DNA of 64,000 nucleotides from NCBI GenBank assembly GCA_964016885.1, contig OZ024741.1, forward strand, positions 103,850,001 to 103,914,000. The letters are read 5' to 3'. Below, piece after piece: positions 1 through 12,119 of this stretch. Under the pieces are notes generated by a model. It was not told where the DNA came from, made no database searches, and saw only the letters and a program-made list of their open reading frames with translations. This DNA is from Eledone cirrhosa (Eukaryota). Position numbers and translations under genes: made by a program. The number at the start of each line of letters is the position of its first letter. Within the stretch, counting starts at the first letter, position 1.

Positions 1-390
1 GTGACGGGTCAACAAGTGGGGGGCCAAAATACTAAAGAAACTACCACGAAATAATAATTCAGAGTCCTGAGGCCAGTACGAAATAAAGGTTTCTACCCCA
101 GGCACAAGGCCAGCAACCACCCAGTGCAAAAAAAAAATAAACTAATACGAAATAATAATTCAGAATCCCAAAAAAGAAAACTAATACTATCTCTAAGGGT
201 GCCGCCACGATACAAAAATTCTAGTGCAAACTACATAAATGCTCGTACGAAGTATATGTAAGATTTGATATGGAAAATTAATTCATTGTTTCAATTTTCA
301 TTTTTATTGTTTATATATATATATATATGTTTCCATGTCTTTTTTTCTTTTCTTATATAAATAATAAAAATATTTACACGCACAAAACCC

Positions 391-486
391 ACATTGTACC
401 GTCCTGTGCCGTCTGTAATGTTTTTCTTGATGTCAGCTCTTGTGGCCAATAAAGAAATCATTATTATTATTATTATTATTATTATT
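391..486 (+). mobile_element. 3' terminal fragment of Tx1/L1-clade LINE with (ATT)n tail
   Basis: TGTACCGTCCTGTGC...AATAAA...(ATT)n closely resembles the 3' end of the element at 4015-4120. Confidence 0.7.
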
Positions 487-699
487 GGCATCCTACATAG
501 TAAATCATATTATCGTGAGCTCCGCAAAGGTTTGTTATTTTCACTTGTTTAAAATTGCCATTTATGGAAAATCTTTATTGTTAACTGTATATAAGTGCAC
601 ATACATTGTTTTCTGAAAAGGACACTCAAAAAGATTGGGGCCTTGTGCCCAAAATTTAAACTTTTATAATTATCAAACAAAAAAAAAAAATTTCTTTGA

Positions 700-3600
700 A
701 AGATCATGGCCGACTCACAGCTGAACCCAGTAGCTGAGAGCCTTCCTCACAAACTAAGACCTCACACCGACACCACCATTGTAAATATTACTACGTTTGC
801 CAACACTAAAAATATAAGCAGTAGCAATATTTTAAATTTGTCTCAAGCAGACATTCATTTCCCGCCATTACCAATGACTGCAGGTGTCGAAGCCGCCACC
901 CCACCACCACCACAGCGACAACAGAAACAAAAGAAAAAAATAAATTATCTCGTGATATCGAAACGAATTCAGCCAAAATGAACTCTTCCACGCCGAACAC
1001 CACTGACGCCACCACCACCACAACTGAAACTAAAATCAACAATAACAAAAATAACGATAACAACAACAGCAACAATGAGAATAAGAAAACCCTGTCTTTT
1101 GCCAGAGTAGCAAAAATGTGCGAAGCATTCCAGGTAACTCAGGAGGAATTAGAAGAAGCCAAAAAAATGGTAAAGAAAGATGGGTACAGGGTCAGCCCCC
1201 CCCCCCCCCCCCCTAATAAAATGGAGCATCAGCGCCTATGGACCGTGTCTTATTGGACGATTAACATAAAATCGCGCCGAGTGGAACGGGCATCCGAGTC
1301 CCAAATCCAAAAAGCTTTGGGACATGTGTGGGCAAAAAAAAACCACATCAGACGTGGGCAGAAATATGGAACCGTGGACGTGTTCTTTGAAACACCACAG
1401 GAGGCCAGAGAACACTCCATGGCCCCATTAAGAAGTGACGACTTCACACTCGTCCCGAGCTATTGTGGTCAGAGACTCGTGAAGATCAGAGTGACCCACA
1501 TTCCACCGGCCATCGAAATTCCCTGGCTAATGGCTGCCGTCCTCGCCGGCATCGAAGCCAACACCAAGATAATCGAAATAGCGAAAGAAAAGCAGGAGAC
1601 TGCTCCGGATCTGGGATGGACCTCCTGATCCAAGCATAAAAGCATTGAGGAGATCCCAGAGGTAATAGACCTCACTGACGGCAGCCACCTCACTGTAATC
1701 GTTGAGGGCAGAAGGCCGATGTGTGTCGTTTGTGGTGAAGGAACCCACCTAAGGGCTTTCTGCCCTCAGGCTAAAAGGTTGAGGCCACCTATCTTACCCA
1801 CCGCAGTGACTCAACCATCAACACCACCAGCAGCAGAAATGGCAGCAACAACAGAAGCAACTGTAACAGCAACAACCCCAGCAACAGTAGCAAAACCAAC
1901 ACCACTACCACCCAACGCGCCAGAACTAGCACCAGCACCTACACCATCCACCACGCCACAACCAAAACCAACGCCTGTGGAGGATTTTCCACTCCCCGAC
2001 CTATCGCAACTGGAGACAGATTGTGACGACGAGGAGTAGGAAACGGTATCAGTAAAAAAAAAAAAAGAAAAAGAAACCAAAAAAGAAAAAATCCCCTTCC
2101 TTCCCCCTCCAAAAACAAAATACAGAGGGAAACAAATAAACTATCAAACAAAAAAGTTAGGACAGCTATGCCACCATCAACACCAGCATCACCAACCCCA
2201 TCACCACAAACACCAACACCATCACCATCATTAACCCCAACACCACCATCAACACACAACAAAGGTGTGGTCGCCGTTTGCTAGACACGTCTTTCCCCAG
2301 CTCGTCTCCTTGACGGAGCTGCAGTCCTGGGTCAAGCAAAGACCGAGAGGGACTGCTTGGAGACTGGAATTTCTTCAGGCGCTCACAGCCCTCGACCAAT
2401 CGGGCAATGTGATCGGTGGAAACTCCACCTTGGTGAACTAAGAAGCGGAAGATCCGTGTCAGCATATGCGGACGATATCACCGTAGTGGTGTCGAACGCC
2501 AAACACATCGAGGCGATCGCCACTACACTAAGAGAATACGAAGCGGTGACAGGAGCAATGATCAACCAGGAGAAGTCAGTGGGCCTGCAGCTCGGCACCT
2601 GGAGAGGTAGGTCTATGCCGTCCAACAGCGTCCTCGGGCGCTGGACGGACGGACCGGTTAAATTGCTAGGGGCCTGGTTCAGTCCGGACCTCCAGACGGA
2701 CAAAAACTGGAACGAGGTGACGAGCAGGGTGGCTTCTCTCACCCAGAAATGGGCGGAGAGGAAACTATCCCTGAAAGGTCGAGCGGAGGTGGCTAACGCA
2801 TACATCGCGTCCGTCATCTACTACCGCCTGACCGTCGTACCTTGTCCTAAGCCCCGCCTGACTGCGCTGGAGCGTTTGCTCTTTCGCTTTTTGTGGAAGG
2901 GACGCGCTCCGATGGTCAGGCGGTCCATCTACTGTCAACACCCACTACGTGGAGGGCTGAGCATGCCGTGGCTGATGATGCGCAGACATGCGCTCAGGCT
3001 ACGACATCTCCACCTCTTCCTCGACGGTGATCAGGTGTGGTCGCCGTTTGCTAGACACGTCTTTCCCCAGCTCGTCTCCTTGACGGAGCTGCAGTCCTGG
3101 GTCAAGCAAAGACCGAGAGGGAACGCTTGGAGACTGGAATGTCTTCAGGCGCTCACAGCCCTCGACCAATCGGGCAATGTGATCGGTGGAAACTCCACCT
3201 TGGCGTTCTATAGAGGATTAGTGGAGGGGAAGAGCAATGATGTACTTGGAGAAACTCTAGGCGTCGACGAAAATCAACTAGCCAATCTCTTTGGAAGGAC
3301 TTTTGGGCCGGGGCCTATGGACAACTTCCAGAAATCCCTGGCCTGGCAGTGCTACCGAGGAGCTTTGCCAGTTCGGGATAAACTCTACAGGCATGGAGGT
3401 GCCGTTAGCCGAGCATGTCCGAGATGCGCGCAGGGCGACGAAACCGTCCTGCACGCACTCGTCCAGTGTCCAAGCATTGCTGACTTGTGGGTTTATGTCG
3501 AACACCTGCTGTCACGTGTAGGACGGATCCAGCTATCAGCTGAGTCCATCGTGAGGATTGCCCCGCCCTCTTCCTTTAGCCGGGAAGGGCAGGAAGTTTT

Positions 3601-4081
3601 TATCTGTCTGGTGGCCATGGCGAAAGAGATAGTATGGTGGACACGTTTGAAAGGGCTGAAGACGAGCCCTTACCTCTTCGGTGATGCCCTGATTAACTTT
3701 TTCAAATTCCATTTGAAAAGGAAAATCAGGGTAGAAAGGGAAGTGCTCTCTTCCCAGCAATTTGTTTAAAGATGGGTGAGAGAGGCAAGCATGGTCTGAG
3801 TGAATGGGCCTGCTCTGAGTATGCGCCTGTAAATTGTAGGTGGAAAACTGGGAGAGGGCACTTGCCCTGGTGGTCAGGGTCACCGTGGCTTTTATAATGG
3901 GCTTTCTCCACGAGTGTCCCTCTGAAGTCTTCCCCCTATTGGGGAATTTTCCTTTGTTTCTTTTTTTTATCATTTCTTTTATTATTGTTTTTTTTCTCTA
4001 CTCGCAGAAATGCCCATTTGTACCGTCCTGTGCTGTCCTTCATGTTATACTTTATGTCAACCCTTGTGGTTAATAAATAAA

Positions 4082-4120
<39 letters not shown>
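700..4120 (+). mobile_element. Tx1/L1-clade non-LTR retrotransposon, internally deleted and rearranged
   Basis: ORF1-like frame 978-2039 (one in-frame TGA at 1626) with RRM-like segment and CVVCGEGTHLRAFC zinc knuckle; ORF2 remnant to 3769 with SAYADD, LSLKGR and C-terminal CPRC..ETVLHALVQCP finger; AATAAA plus (TTA)n tail. 5' boundary uncertain. Confidence 0.88.
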
Positions 4121-4121
<1 letters not shown>

Positions 4122-4143
4122 GTTGTCTACTTATCGTCAACAG

Positions 4144-4251
4144 TAGCAATGTTAAAATGAAGAAAGAACATAGTTCCGCTATTGCTATTGCCAACTCCAA
4201 TATTTGGGGGTTGAGGTTAACTAATGCAGAAAAGGTCAAGACACATTACAG
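4144..4251 (+). CDS. BBOF1: BBOF1/CCDC176 exon A (SNVKMKKEHSSAIAIANSNIWGLRLTNAEKVKTHYR)
   Basis: cag acceptor 4141-43 and CAG|gtaac donor; peptide resembles recalled vertebrate BBOF1 AKANASLWEARL..YR. ATG at 4157 could be the start codon. Confidence 0.82.
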
Positions 4252-4279
4252 GTAACACCAAATACTCCATGCTAACTTC

Positions 4280-4500
4280 TATATTTTTCTTTCTATCTTT
4301 TTGTCTGCCTTTCTTTCCTTTTGTCTCTCTTTCATTCTTTCTTTCATTCACCCCCTTTTGTTTTTCTTTCCTTTTTTTCTCTCTTTCTTTCTTTCTGTCC
4401 CTTCTTATCTCTTTGTCTCGCTCACCTTCTGTCTGTCTGTCTTTCTTTCATTCTTTCTCTTAAACCTCCTTCTGTCTTATTCTCACCCACCATTTCTATT
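4280..4500. repeat. CT/CTTT-rich polypyrimidine low-complexity tract
   Basis: Degenerate (CTTT)n/(CT)n runs. Confidence 0.85.
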
Positions 4501-4509
4501 ATTACAAAC

Positions 4510-6910
4510 ACCACTGCCGTTGCCACCACCACCACCACTATAACACTACCACCACTACAACACCACACCACCACTACAACACCACACCACCACTACAATA
4601 ACACTACCACTATGACATCACACCACCACTACAGCACCACCACTACAACACTACATCACCAATACACCGCACCATCACGGCTCACCTTCCAACTGCCACT
4701 ACCACCACCACCACCAACACCACCATTGAATCACCCACTATGACAAACCCACTCACTATTACCACTCTACCACACCAACACTACAACCACACAACCACAC
4801 CAACACCACAACCACACCACCACAACCACACCAACACCACAACCACACTGACACCACAACCACACCAACACCACAACCACACCAACACCACAACCACACC
4901 ACCACAACCATACCAACACCACAAACACACCAACATCACAACCACACTCACACCACAACCACACCAACACCACAACCACACCGACACCACAACCACACCA
5001 ACACCACAACCACACCACCACAACCACACCAACACCACAACCACACCACCACAACCACACCACCACAACCACACCACCACAACCACACCAATACCACAAC
5101 CACACTGACACCACAACCACACCAACACCACAACCACACCAATACCACAACCACACCGACACCACAACCACACCAACACCACAACCACACCAACACCACA
5201 ACCACACTGACACCACAACCACATCAACACCACAACCACACCAACACCACAACCATACCACCACAACCACACCAACACAACAACCACACCACCACAACCA
5301 CACCAACACCACAAACACACCAACACCACAACCACACTGACACCAAAACCACACCGACACCACAACCACACCAACACCACAACCACAGCGACACCACAAC
5401 CACACCAACACCACAACCACACCACCACAACCACACCAACACCACAACCACACCCACACACAACCAACCACACTAACACCACAACCACACCAACTCCACA
5501 ACCACACCGACACCACAACCACATCAACACCAAAACCACACCACCACAAACACACTGACACCACAACCACACCACCACAACCACACCAACACCACAACCA
5601 CACCCACACACAACCAACCACACCAACACCACAACCACAGCGACACCACAACCACACCAACACCACAACCACACCGACACCACAACCACACCAACACCAC
5701 AACCACACCGACACCACAACCACACCGACACCACAACCACATCAACACCAAAACCACACCACCACAACCACACTGACACCACAACCACACCACCACAACC
5801 AACCACACCAACACCACAACCACACCGACACCACAACTACACCAACACCACAACCACACCGACACCACAACCACACCACCACAACCAACCACACCAACAC
5901 CACAACCACACCGACACCACAACTACACCAACACCACAACCACACCGACACCACAACCACACCAACACCACAACCACACTAACACCACAACCACACCACC
6001 ACAACCAACCACACCAACACCACAACCACACCAACACCACAACCACACCAACACCAAAACCACACCAACACCACAACCACACCAACACCAAAACCACACC
6101 AACACCACAACCACACTAACACCACAACCACACCACCACAACCAACCACACCAACACCACAACCACACCGACACCACAACCACACCAACACCAAAACCAC
6201 ACCAAAACCACAACCACACCACCACAACCAACCACACCAACACCACAACCACACCGACACCACAACCACACCAACACCACAACCACACTAACACCACAAC
6301 CACACCACCACAACCAACCACACCAACACCACAACCACACCGACACCACAACCACACCAACACCACAACCACACCGACACCATAACCACACCAACACCAC
6401 AACCACACCAACACCACAACCACACCAAGACCAAAACCACACCGACACCACAACTAATCTAACACCACAACCGCACCACCACAACCAACCACACCAACAC
6501 CACAACCATACCAACACCACAACCACACCAACACCACAACCACACCGACACCACAACCATACCAACACCATAACCACACCAACACCACAACCACATCAAC
6601 ACCAAAACCACACCATAACCACAACCACACCAACACCACAACCACATCAACACCAAAACCACACCGACACCACAACCACACCGACACCACAACCACACCA
6701 ACACCACAACCACACCAACACCAAAACCACACCAACACCACAACCACACCAACACCACAACCACACCAACACCAAAACCACACCCACACTAACACCACAA
6801 CCACACCAACACTACAATCACTCCAACACCACAACCTCACCACTACTACCACCTCCACCAACCAACAACTACCACCACAACCACCACCACTACCACTACC
6901 ATCATCCCAC
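4510..6910. repeat. CA-rich minisatellite with a 17-bp unit (ACCACAACCACACCAAC) and (ACC)n-like flanks
   Basis: About 2 kb of tandem units with CGAC/TGAC/CCAC variants; explains the V/W/C/G-rich spurious ORFs. Confidence 0.95.
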
Positions 6911-6938
6911 TCACCACTCTCCTCTGGGATATTTTCAG

Positions 6939-7062
6939 GGAATATGCTTACAAGATGCTGATGGAGAATGAGTTGCTGCGCAAACAGATCTACCAGGTAG
7001 AATGGGACACCATTGAGGTGCTGAACTATATGAAGAAGCAGGACAACCAGAAAGACGAAACT
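6939..7062 (+). CDS. BBOF1: BBOF1 exon B (EYAYKMLMENELLRKQIYQVEWDTIEVLNYMKKQDNQKDET)
   Basis: ttttcag acceptor and gtatga donor; phase 2 to 0 fits exon A; resembles the BBOF1 segment VLSYLKKQDQEKD. Confidence 0.9.
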
Positions 7063-7077
7063 GTATGATATTCTATA

Positions 7078-7375
7078 TTAACCCTTTCTTTACCATATTT
7101 ACAATGAAACACACTAACTATGATTTTTCAAATAATTTTGAAAATATTTAAGTATTTAGAGAGTTTTGCTATGATTTTTCAAATAATTTTGAAAATATTT
7201 AAGTATTTAGAGAGTTTTGCTATGATTTTTTAAATAATTTTTAAAATATTTAAGTATTTAGAGAGTTTTACTCATTATTAAACCTTTTGTTACCATATTT
7301 CTAATGAAAAGACACTGCCTATGATTTCCCAATAATTTTGAAAGATTTAGTAATATAACTAATTTGTGTTTGTTA
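7078..7375. repeat. AT-rich MITE-like remnant with three ~50-bp internal tandem copies
   Basis: TTAACCCTTTC..ACCATATTT start shared with 10882/11071; CTATGATTTTTCAAATAATTTTGAAAATATTTAAGTATTTAGAGAG repeated three times. Confidence 0.6.
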
Positions 7376-7445
7376 ATTTCATGAGACAGTTGTTCAAACA
7401 ACTGGAACACTTGTCATTGTTACCAACAGAGGTCTAATATTCATA

Positions 7446-7476
<31 letters not shown>

Positions 7477-7557
7477 TACATATGACCTCATTTATACATA
7501 TATATATATATATCATCATTATCATCATCATCATTTTACGTCTGCTCTTCCCTGCTG

Positions 7558-7760
7558 TGGCCGTGTAGGCAACACGGTAAAAACCTCCCAGCCCCACACT
7601 GTAAATGTGGTTGGTGTTAGGAAGGGCATCCAACTGTAGAAAACCCGCCAGACAGTCCTATGCGAGCAAGACAACCACTCTTGCCTCAAGTGGGAAAACC
7701 CCCGTCCAAACCCATGCAAGCGTGGAACACGGACGCTAAACCTGATGATGATGATGATGA

Positions 7761-7763
<3 letters not shown>
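7558..7763 (+). mobile_element. RTE 3' end / RTE-tailed SINE fragment
   Basis: GGAAGGGCATCCAACTGTAGAAAA motif and (GAT)n tail. Confidence 0.8.
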
Positions 7764-7800
<37 letters not shown>

Positions 7801-7802
<2 letters not shown>

Positions 7803-8415
7803 AAAATTAAATTAAGGTTGTCATGTCTGAGAGACATGCGCCATATTCACTGCAGAATAAGCTCAAAGATTCCAATGAATAGATCCGAGCATTTTATATC
7901 AACTAGAAATAGATTGACACATATATATATATAAAATAAACACATGAAACAATCTCAGGGAATAATTTGTAAAGTGTGTAAGCACACATAGCTAGGTAGG
8001 TAACTAATTAAAGTTTAACTAGAACTTCAAATATAGATACCTTTTAAAATGATTAACCCTTGCAAGCAGGGAAAAGCGGACGTAAAATGATGATGATGAT
8101 GATGATGATCCTTTGTATATATTTCTTTAAATAAAAAATATATTTCACCAATTAATCAGTAAATCCATTGGTGACCATCCGGGATTTGACTGCTGTGATT
8201 TACTGGTTAATTGGTGAAATATATTTTTTATTTAAAGAAATATATACAAAGGAGATTAATCATTTTAAAAGGTATCTATATTTGAAGTTCTAGTTAAACT
8301 TTAATCAGTTACCTACCTAGCTATGTGTGCTTACACACTTTACAAATTATTCCTTGAGATTGTTTCATGTGTTTATTTTATATATATATGTGTCAATCTA
8401 TTTCTAGTTGATATA
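7801..8415. mobile_element. Fold-back non-coding element, same family as 53790-54995
   Basis: Arms ~7896-8166 and ~8197-8415 are inverted copies; (TA)n flanks; short RTE-tail insert at ~8057-8110. Confidence 0.7.
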
Positions 8416-8867
8416 TATATCATCATCATCATCATCTTCGTTTAACGTCCATTTATATACATACACACATCCATATGACTTCATAACACAGATAACATAG
8501 GATCTAGTTGACTGGTGATTTGCTGTTCTATAAAATACCCACCCACTAGTACAAACACTGTGACACTGAAAGTAAATCTGGTGAAAGATCAGAAACTACA
8601 TGGAGAGGTCCCTTTTGCCTGGAGTAAATGAGATTGCATGGAGTAGAATGGACACTCTAACGCTGTCAAGTACCTGACAACCTCTCTTGTGTTGGTGCCA
8701 TGATAAATGCACCTAGTAAAGTGGTTGGCATTAGGAAAAGCATCTATCATAGAAAACATGCCAACCCCTCCAATGCATAAGAAGCGGACCTAAATAATGT
8801 TGATAATGATGAATAGATGTATGTGTCTACATACATGTATGTATCGTAGTTTTTACATGTATGTATC

Positions 8868-9155
8868 TAGGGGCCTCGTTTGCCTTAAAAATGTGAGGGG
8901 GACAAACCAACATTTGTTGATTCTTAAAGGAGCATAAATTGCTTATGGTGCCTTTCCTTGACCCTATCACATAAGTAAAATTTTACACTAATTAAATTTT
9001 ATATATTCAATGAAGTTCAGATATAAAAAAAATAAGCTTAAAAAGAATTTATTATATCAAATAAACAAAAAACAAAAGATGGTTTGTTCCACATTCCTGA
9101 AAAAGTGTGGGGAGGGGGACTTGTCCCCTGGTACCCTCCTGAAACAAGGCCCTTG
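8868..9155. mobile_element. hAT-like MITE
   Basis: TIRs TAGGGGCCTCGTTT / AAACAAGGCCCTTG with 8-bp TSD TATGTATC on both sides. Confidence 0.75.
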
Positions 9156-9444
9156 TATGTATCTATATAAATGTATGTACCTACATACATGTATGTATTT
9201 ACATATGTATGTATGTGTGTGTGTTTGTGTGTATGTATGCTGGTATGTATATAATCATTATCATCATCATCTATTTTTTATGCTTGCATAATTTAGACAG
9301 CTGTTGTATGCTGAGGCCAGACCAGTCAAGTAATTAGAACCTGCTTGTACACTTTGTTTTAGCTTGGTTTCTATAGTTGGATGCCATCCCAATGCCAACT
9401 ACTTTACAGCGTGTACTGGTAGCATGGTTTCTACAGCTAGATTC

Positions 9445-9778
9445 ATCATCATTTCATTTTACGTCCACTTTTTCCCTGCTTGTAAGAGTGGGACGGGAAC
9501 TGATTCTGGCTTGATTTCTACAGCTGGATGCCCTTCCTAACACCAACCTCATTTACAGTGAGTGCTGAGTGCTTTTTTGCCGTGGCACCTCCACGACCAC
9601 TTTACAGTGGAATATGGACCCCAGTCCCTATCATCTCATTTCTACAGCTGAGTAAACTGGAGCAATGTGAAATAAAGTGTCTTGCTCAAGGAAACAACAC
9701 ATCACCCGGTCTGAGAATTGAACTCACAACCTTTCGATTGCAAGGCCAATGCTCTAACCACTAAGCCATGTGCCTCCA
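9445..9778 (-). mobile_element. tRNA-derived SINE with RTE-type tail
   Basis: Minus strand has A box TGGCTTAGTGG, B box GAGTTCAATTCT, CORE-like CCTTGAGCAAGACACTT, then GAAGGGCATCCAGCTGTAGAAA and (GAT)n. Confidence 0.85.
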
Positions 9779-9779
9779 G

Positions 9780-10217
9780 ATTGTACACCCATTCCTCTAC
9801 CCCTAGTTTCCGAAGAGCATACCAGATTATGGAGTGGAGAACTCTGTCAAAAGCTTTTTCCAGATCAACAAATGCAAGGTAGAGGAGCTTACTTATAGCT
9901 AGGTTCCTTTCCTGCAGTTGTCTTACAAGGAAGATGGCATCTGTGGTACCTTTACTGGGAATAAAGCCAAACTGTATCTCGTCTATGTTAATTCTATCCT
10001 GAATTAGTTGTGCAATAACTCTCAGTAATTTTCATGACCTGGTCCATCAACTTCATGCCACTTTAGTTTCCTCTATCCAGTGCCTGCCCTTGTAGCAGTT
10101 GATAATGATACTGCTACGCCAGTCATTAGGTATGATGCTGTCCTGCATTACTTGATTTAGTGAGTGCCCCACCCCACCAGATGCTTTCAGCATCTCAGTT
10201 ACTATCCCTGATAGACC
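9780..10217 (-). mobile_element. Degenerate RTE LINE RT fragment
   Basis: Minus strand encodes LAFVDLEKAFDRV and MKLMDQVMK-like motifs. Confidence 0.8.
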
Positions 10218-10227
10218 TGCTGCTTTG

Positions 10228-10313
<86 letters not shown>

Positions 10314-10560
10314 ACTCTCTCTCTTCTCTCTCTCTCTCTATCAGGGATAGTAGTTGAGATGCTGAAAGCATCTGGTTGGGTGGAGCACTCACTAACTCTC
10401 CGTATAGTAAATCAAGTAATACAGGACACCGTCATACCTATATATCATCATCATCATCACCGTTTTACGTCCTTTCTTCCACGCTAGCATGGGTTAGACG
10501 GGTTGTCCTGTTGTGGGCAGTGTCTGGTCGGCTGACCATGCCTTGCTCATACAGGAACTG

Positions 10561-10612
<52 letters not shown>

Positions 10613-10706
10613 TATAATGATTATTCAGTTGCTGTCTCTTTTATTTATTATACACACACACACACATATATGATGACTACATATGGTTTTTTTCCCTGGT
10701 TCCTAG

Positions 10707-10772
10707 ATTGACCGTTTAAAAAATGAAGTCAAGGAGCTGCAAACAAAACATGAGAAAGAAGTTTCTTTAGTT
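10707..10772 (+). CDS. BBOF1: BBOF1 exon C (IDRLKNEVKELQTKHEKEVSLV)
   Basis: ttcctag acceptor, gtaagt donor, 66 nt, phase 0-0, coiled-coil. Confidence 0.88.
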
Positions 10773-10881
10773 GTAAGTTTAATTACTTCTTTCTTTTCTT
10801 CCTCCTCTTCATTGTTGTCTACTCTTTATCTTTATCACTTCCCACATCCACTGTGTTTTTTTACAGTAAAATATAAACATG

Positions 10882-11334
10882 TTAGCCCTTTCATTACCAT
10901 ATTTCTAGTGAAAAACACTCTCCCCTATGATTTCAAATAATTTTAAAAATAAGAATTTGGAGAAATTTAGTAATATGATTAACTTTTTCGTTATTAAGCT
11001 ACTGAACATAACTTGACAAAGGTTCTTACATAAAATTATGGTGGAAGGTTTTTAGATAAATATAAACACTTTAACCCTTTCATTACCATATTTTTAATAA
11101 AAGACACTGCAAATGGTTTTCAAATAATTTTGAAACTAATAAAAAATTTGGAGAGATTTAGTAATATAACTAACTTTCTCCTTATTAAACCAGTGTTGGA
11201 ACATTAACTAACAAAAGTTATTATATAAAATTATGATGGAAGGCTTTTAAATAAATATGAATATTTTAAAACAAACAGTTTTGTATTGTAGAACCAGGGG
11301 ATAGTTTCAGGCAGTTTGGTATGAAAAGGGTTGA
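10882..11334. mobile_element. piggyBac-like MITE, partial tandem
   Basis: TTAA-CCCTTTCATTACC at 11071 and GGTATGAAAAGGG-TTGA at ~11318-11334; duplicated left part starting at 10882. Confidence 0.6.
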
Positions 11335-11377
11335 ACTGGGCAACATGTTGGGCCTATGCAATCCCTTAAAACCTTTT

Positions 11378-11655
11378 TGGATTGACCAGACTATCAGATA
11401 TCCTTATATATCACTGGTTACCAGATTGACCAGACTATCAGATGTCCTTAAATATCACTGGTCACAATGGATTATCTAGACTATCAGATGTCCTTATACA
11501 TCACTGGTCACAATGGACTGACCAGACTATCAGATGTCCTTATATATCACTGGTCACAATAGATTGACCAGACTATCAAATTTCCTTGAACGTCAATGTA
11601 GTCCTAATAGACTGACTATGTATTAGATATCTTTATACATCACTCATCACAATGT
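11378..11655. repeat. ~45-bp tandem repeat, about 6 copies
   Basis: GATTGACCAGACTATCAGATGTCCTTATATATCACTGGTCACAATG units. Confidence 0.85.
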
Positions 11656-11839
11656 GTTTCCATTCCTCCCTTGATTGCATCCTTCTCTTCCATTGTCACC
11701 AGTATTGTTTGATTAAGTTGCCTTTCCATCCATCTTAGAGGTCTGCCAAGTGATCTCTTGAGATCTCTTCGGATCTCCTGGATGCTACCAGACAACATAC
11801 CTTACTAAAAAATAAAAATTCATATTGATTTATTTGCAG

Positions 11840-11983
11840 TCAGTCGACTTCCAAGATCAGTTAAGCAATGTAGAAGATAAATTAAAAGCAAAAATACAAG
11901 AAGCTGACAGTTACCATAATGACCTAAAACAAGTGCAGGACATTATAACCGAGCGAATGGAGATGCAGAAAGAATTAGATGAG
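11840..11983 (+). CDS. BBOF1: BBOF1 exon D (SVDFQDQLSNVEDKLKAKIQEADSYHNDLKQVQDIITERMEMQKELDE)
   Basis: tttgcag acceptor, 144 nt, phase 0; ends like BBOF1 ERELDD; the donor reads GAG|gaaagt (non-canonical). Confidence 0.8.
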
Positions 11984-12119
11984 GAAAGTTGTTTTAAATT
12001 GTTATATATATATATTTGTTTCATTACATTTGATTTATCACTATTCCAACACAACATAGTATTATCACTTCTCTCTGACTTTTAGTTTTACCTACCTATT
12101 ACTACTATATATACATTGA

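Noticed and set aside
1-240. Possible promoter or first exon
   Set aside because: Contains SINE-tail-like GGCACAAGGCCAGCAA and short repeats; no supportable gene signal.
1626-1628. Programmed readthrough or selenocysteine at the ORF1 TGA
   Set aside because: The element is otherwise rearranged and decayed, an alternative local frame (DCSGSGMDLLIQA) suggests compensating frameshifts, and no SECIS was recognised.
4740-6861. Many long V/W/C/G-rich and H/T/P-rich ORFs
   Set aside because: Translations of the 17-bp minisatellite inside an intron; no codon or splice support.
9690-9778. tRNA gene
   Set aside because: The A/B boxes belong to a SINE head that continues into core and LINE-derived tail sequence; no full cloverleaf.
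11378-11655. CRISPR-like appearance of short repeats (also 50015-50145 and the RTE 3' UTR subrepeats)
   Set aside because: Units are directly tandem without unique spacers, there are no cas genes and the context is eukaryotic.
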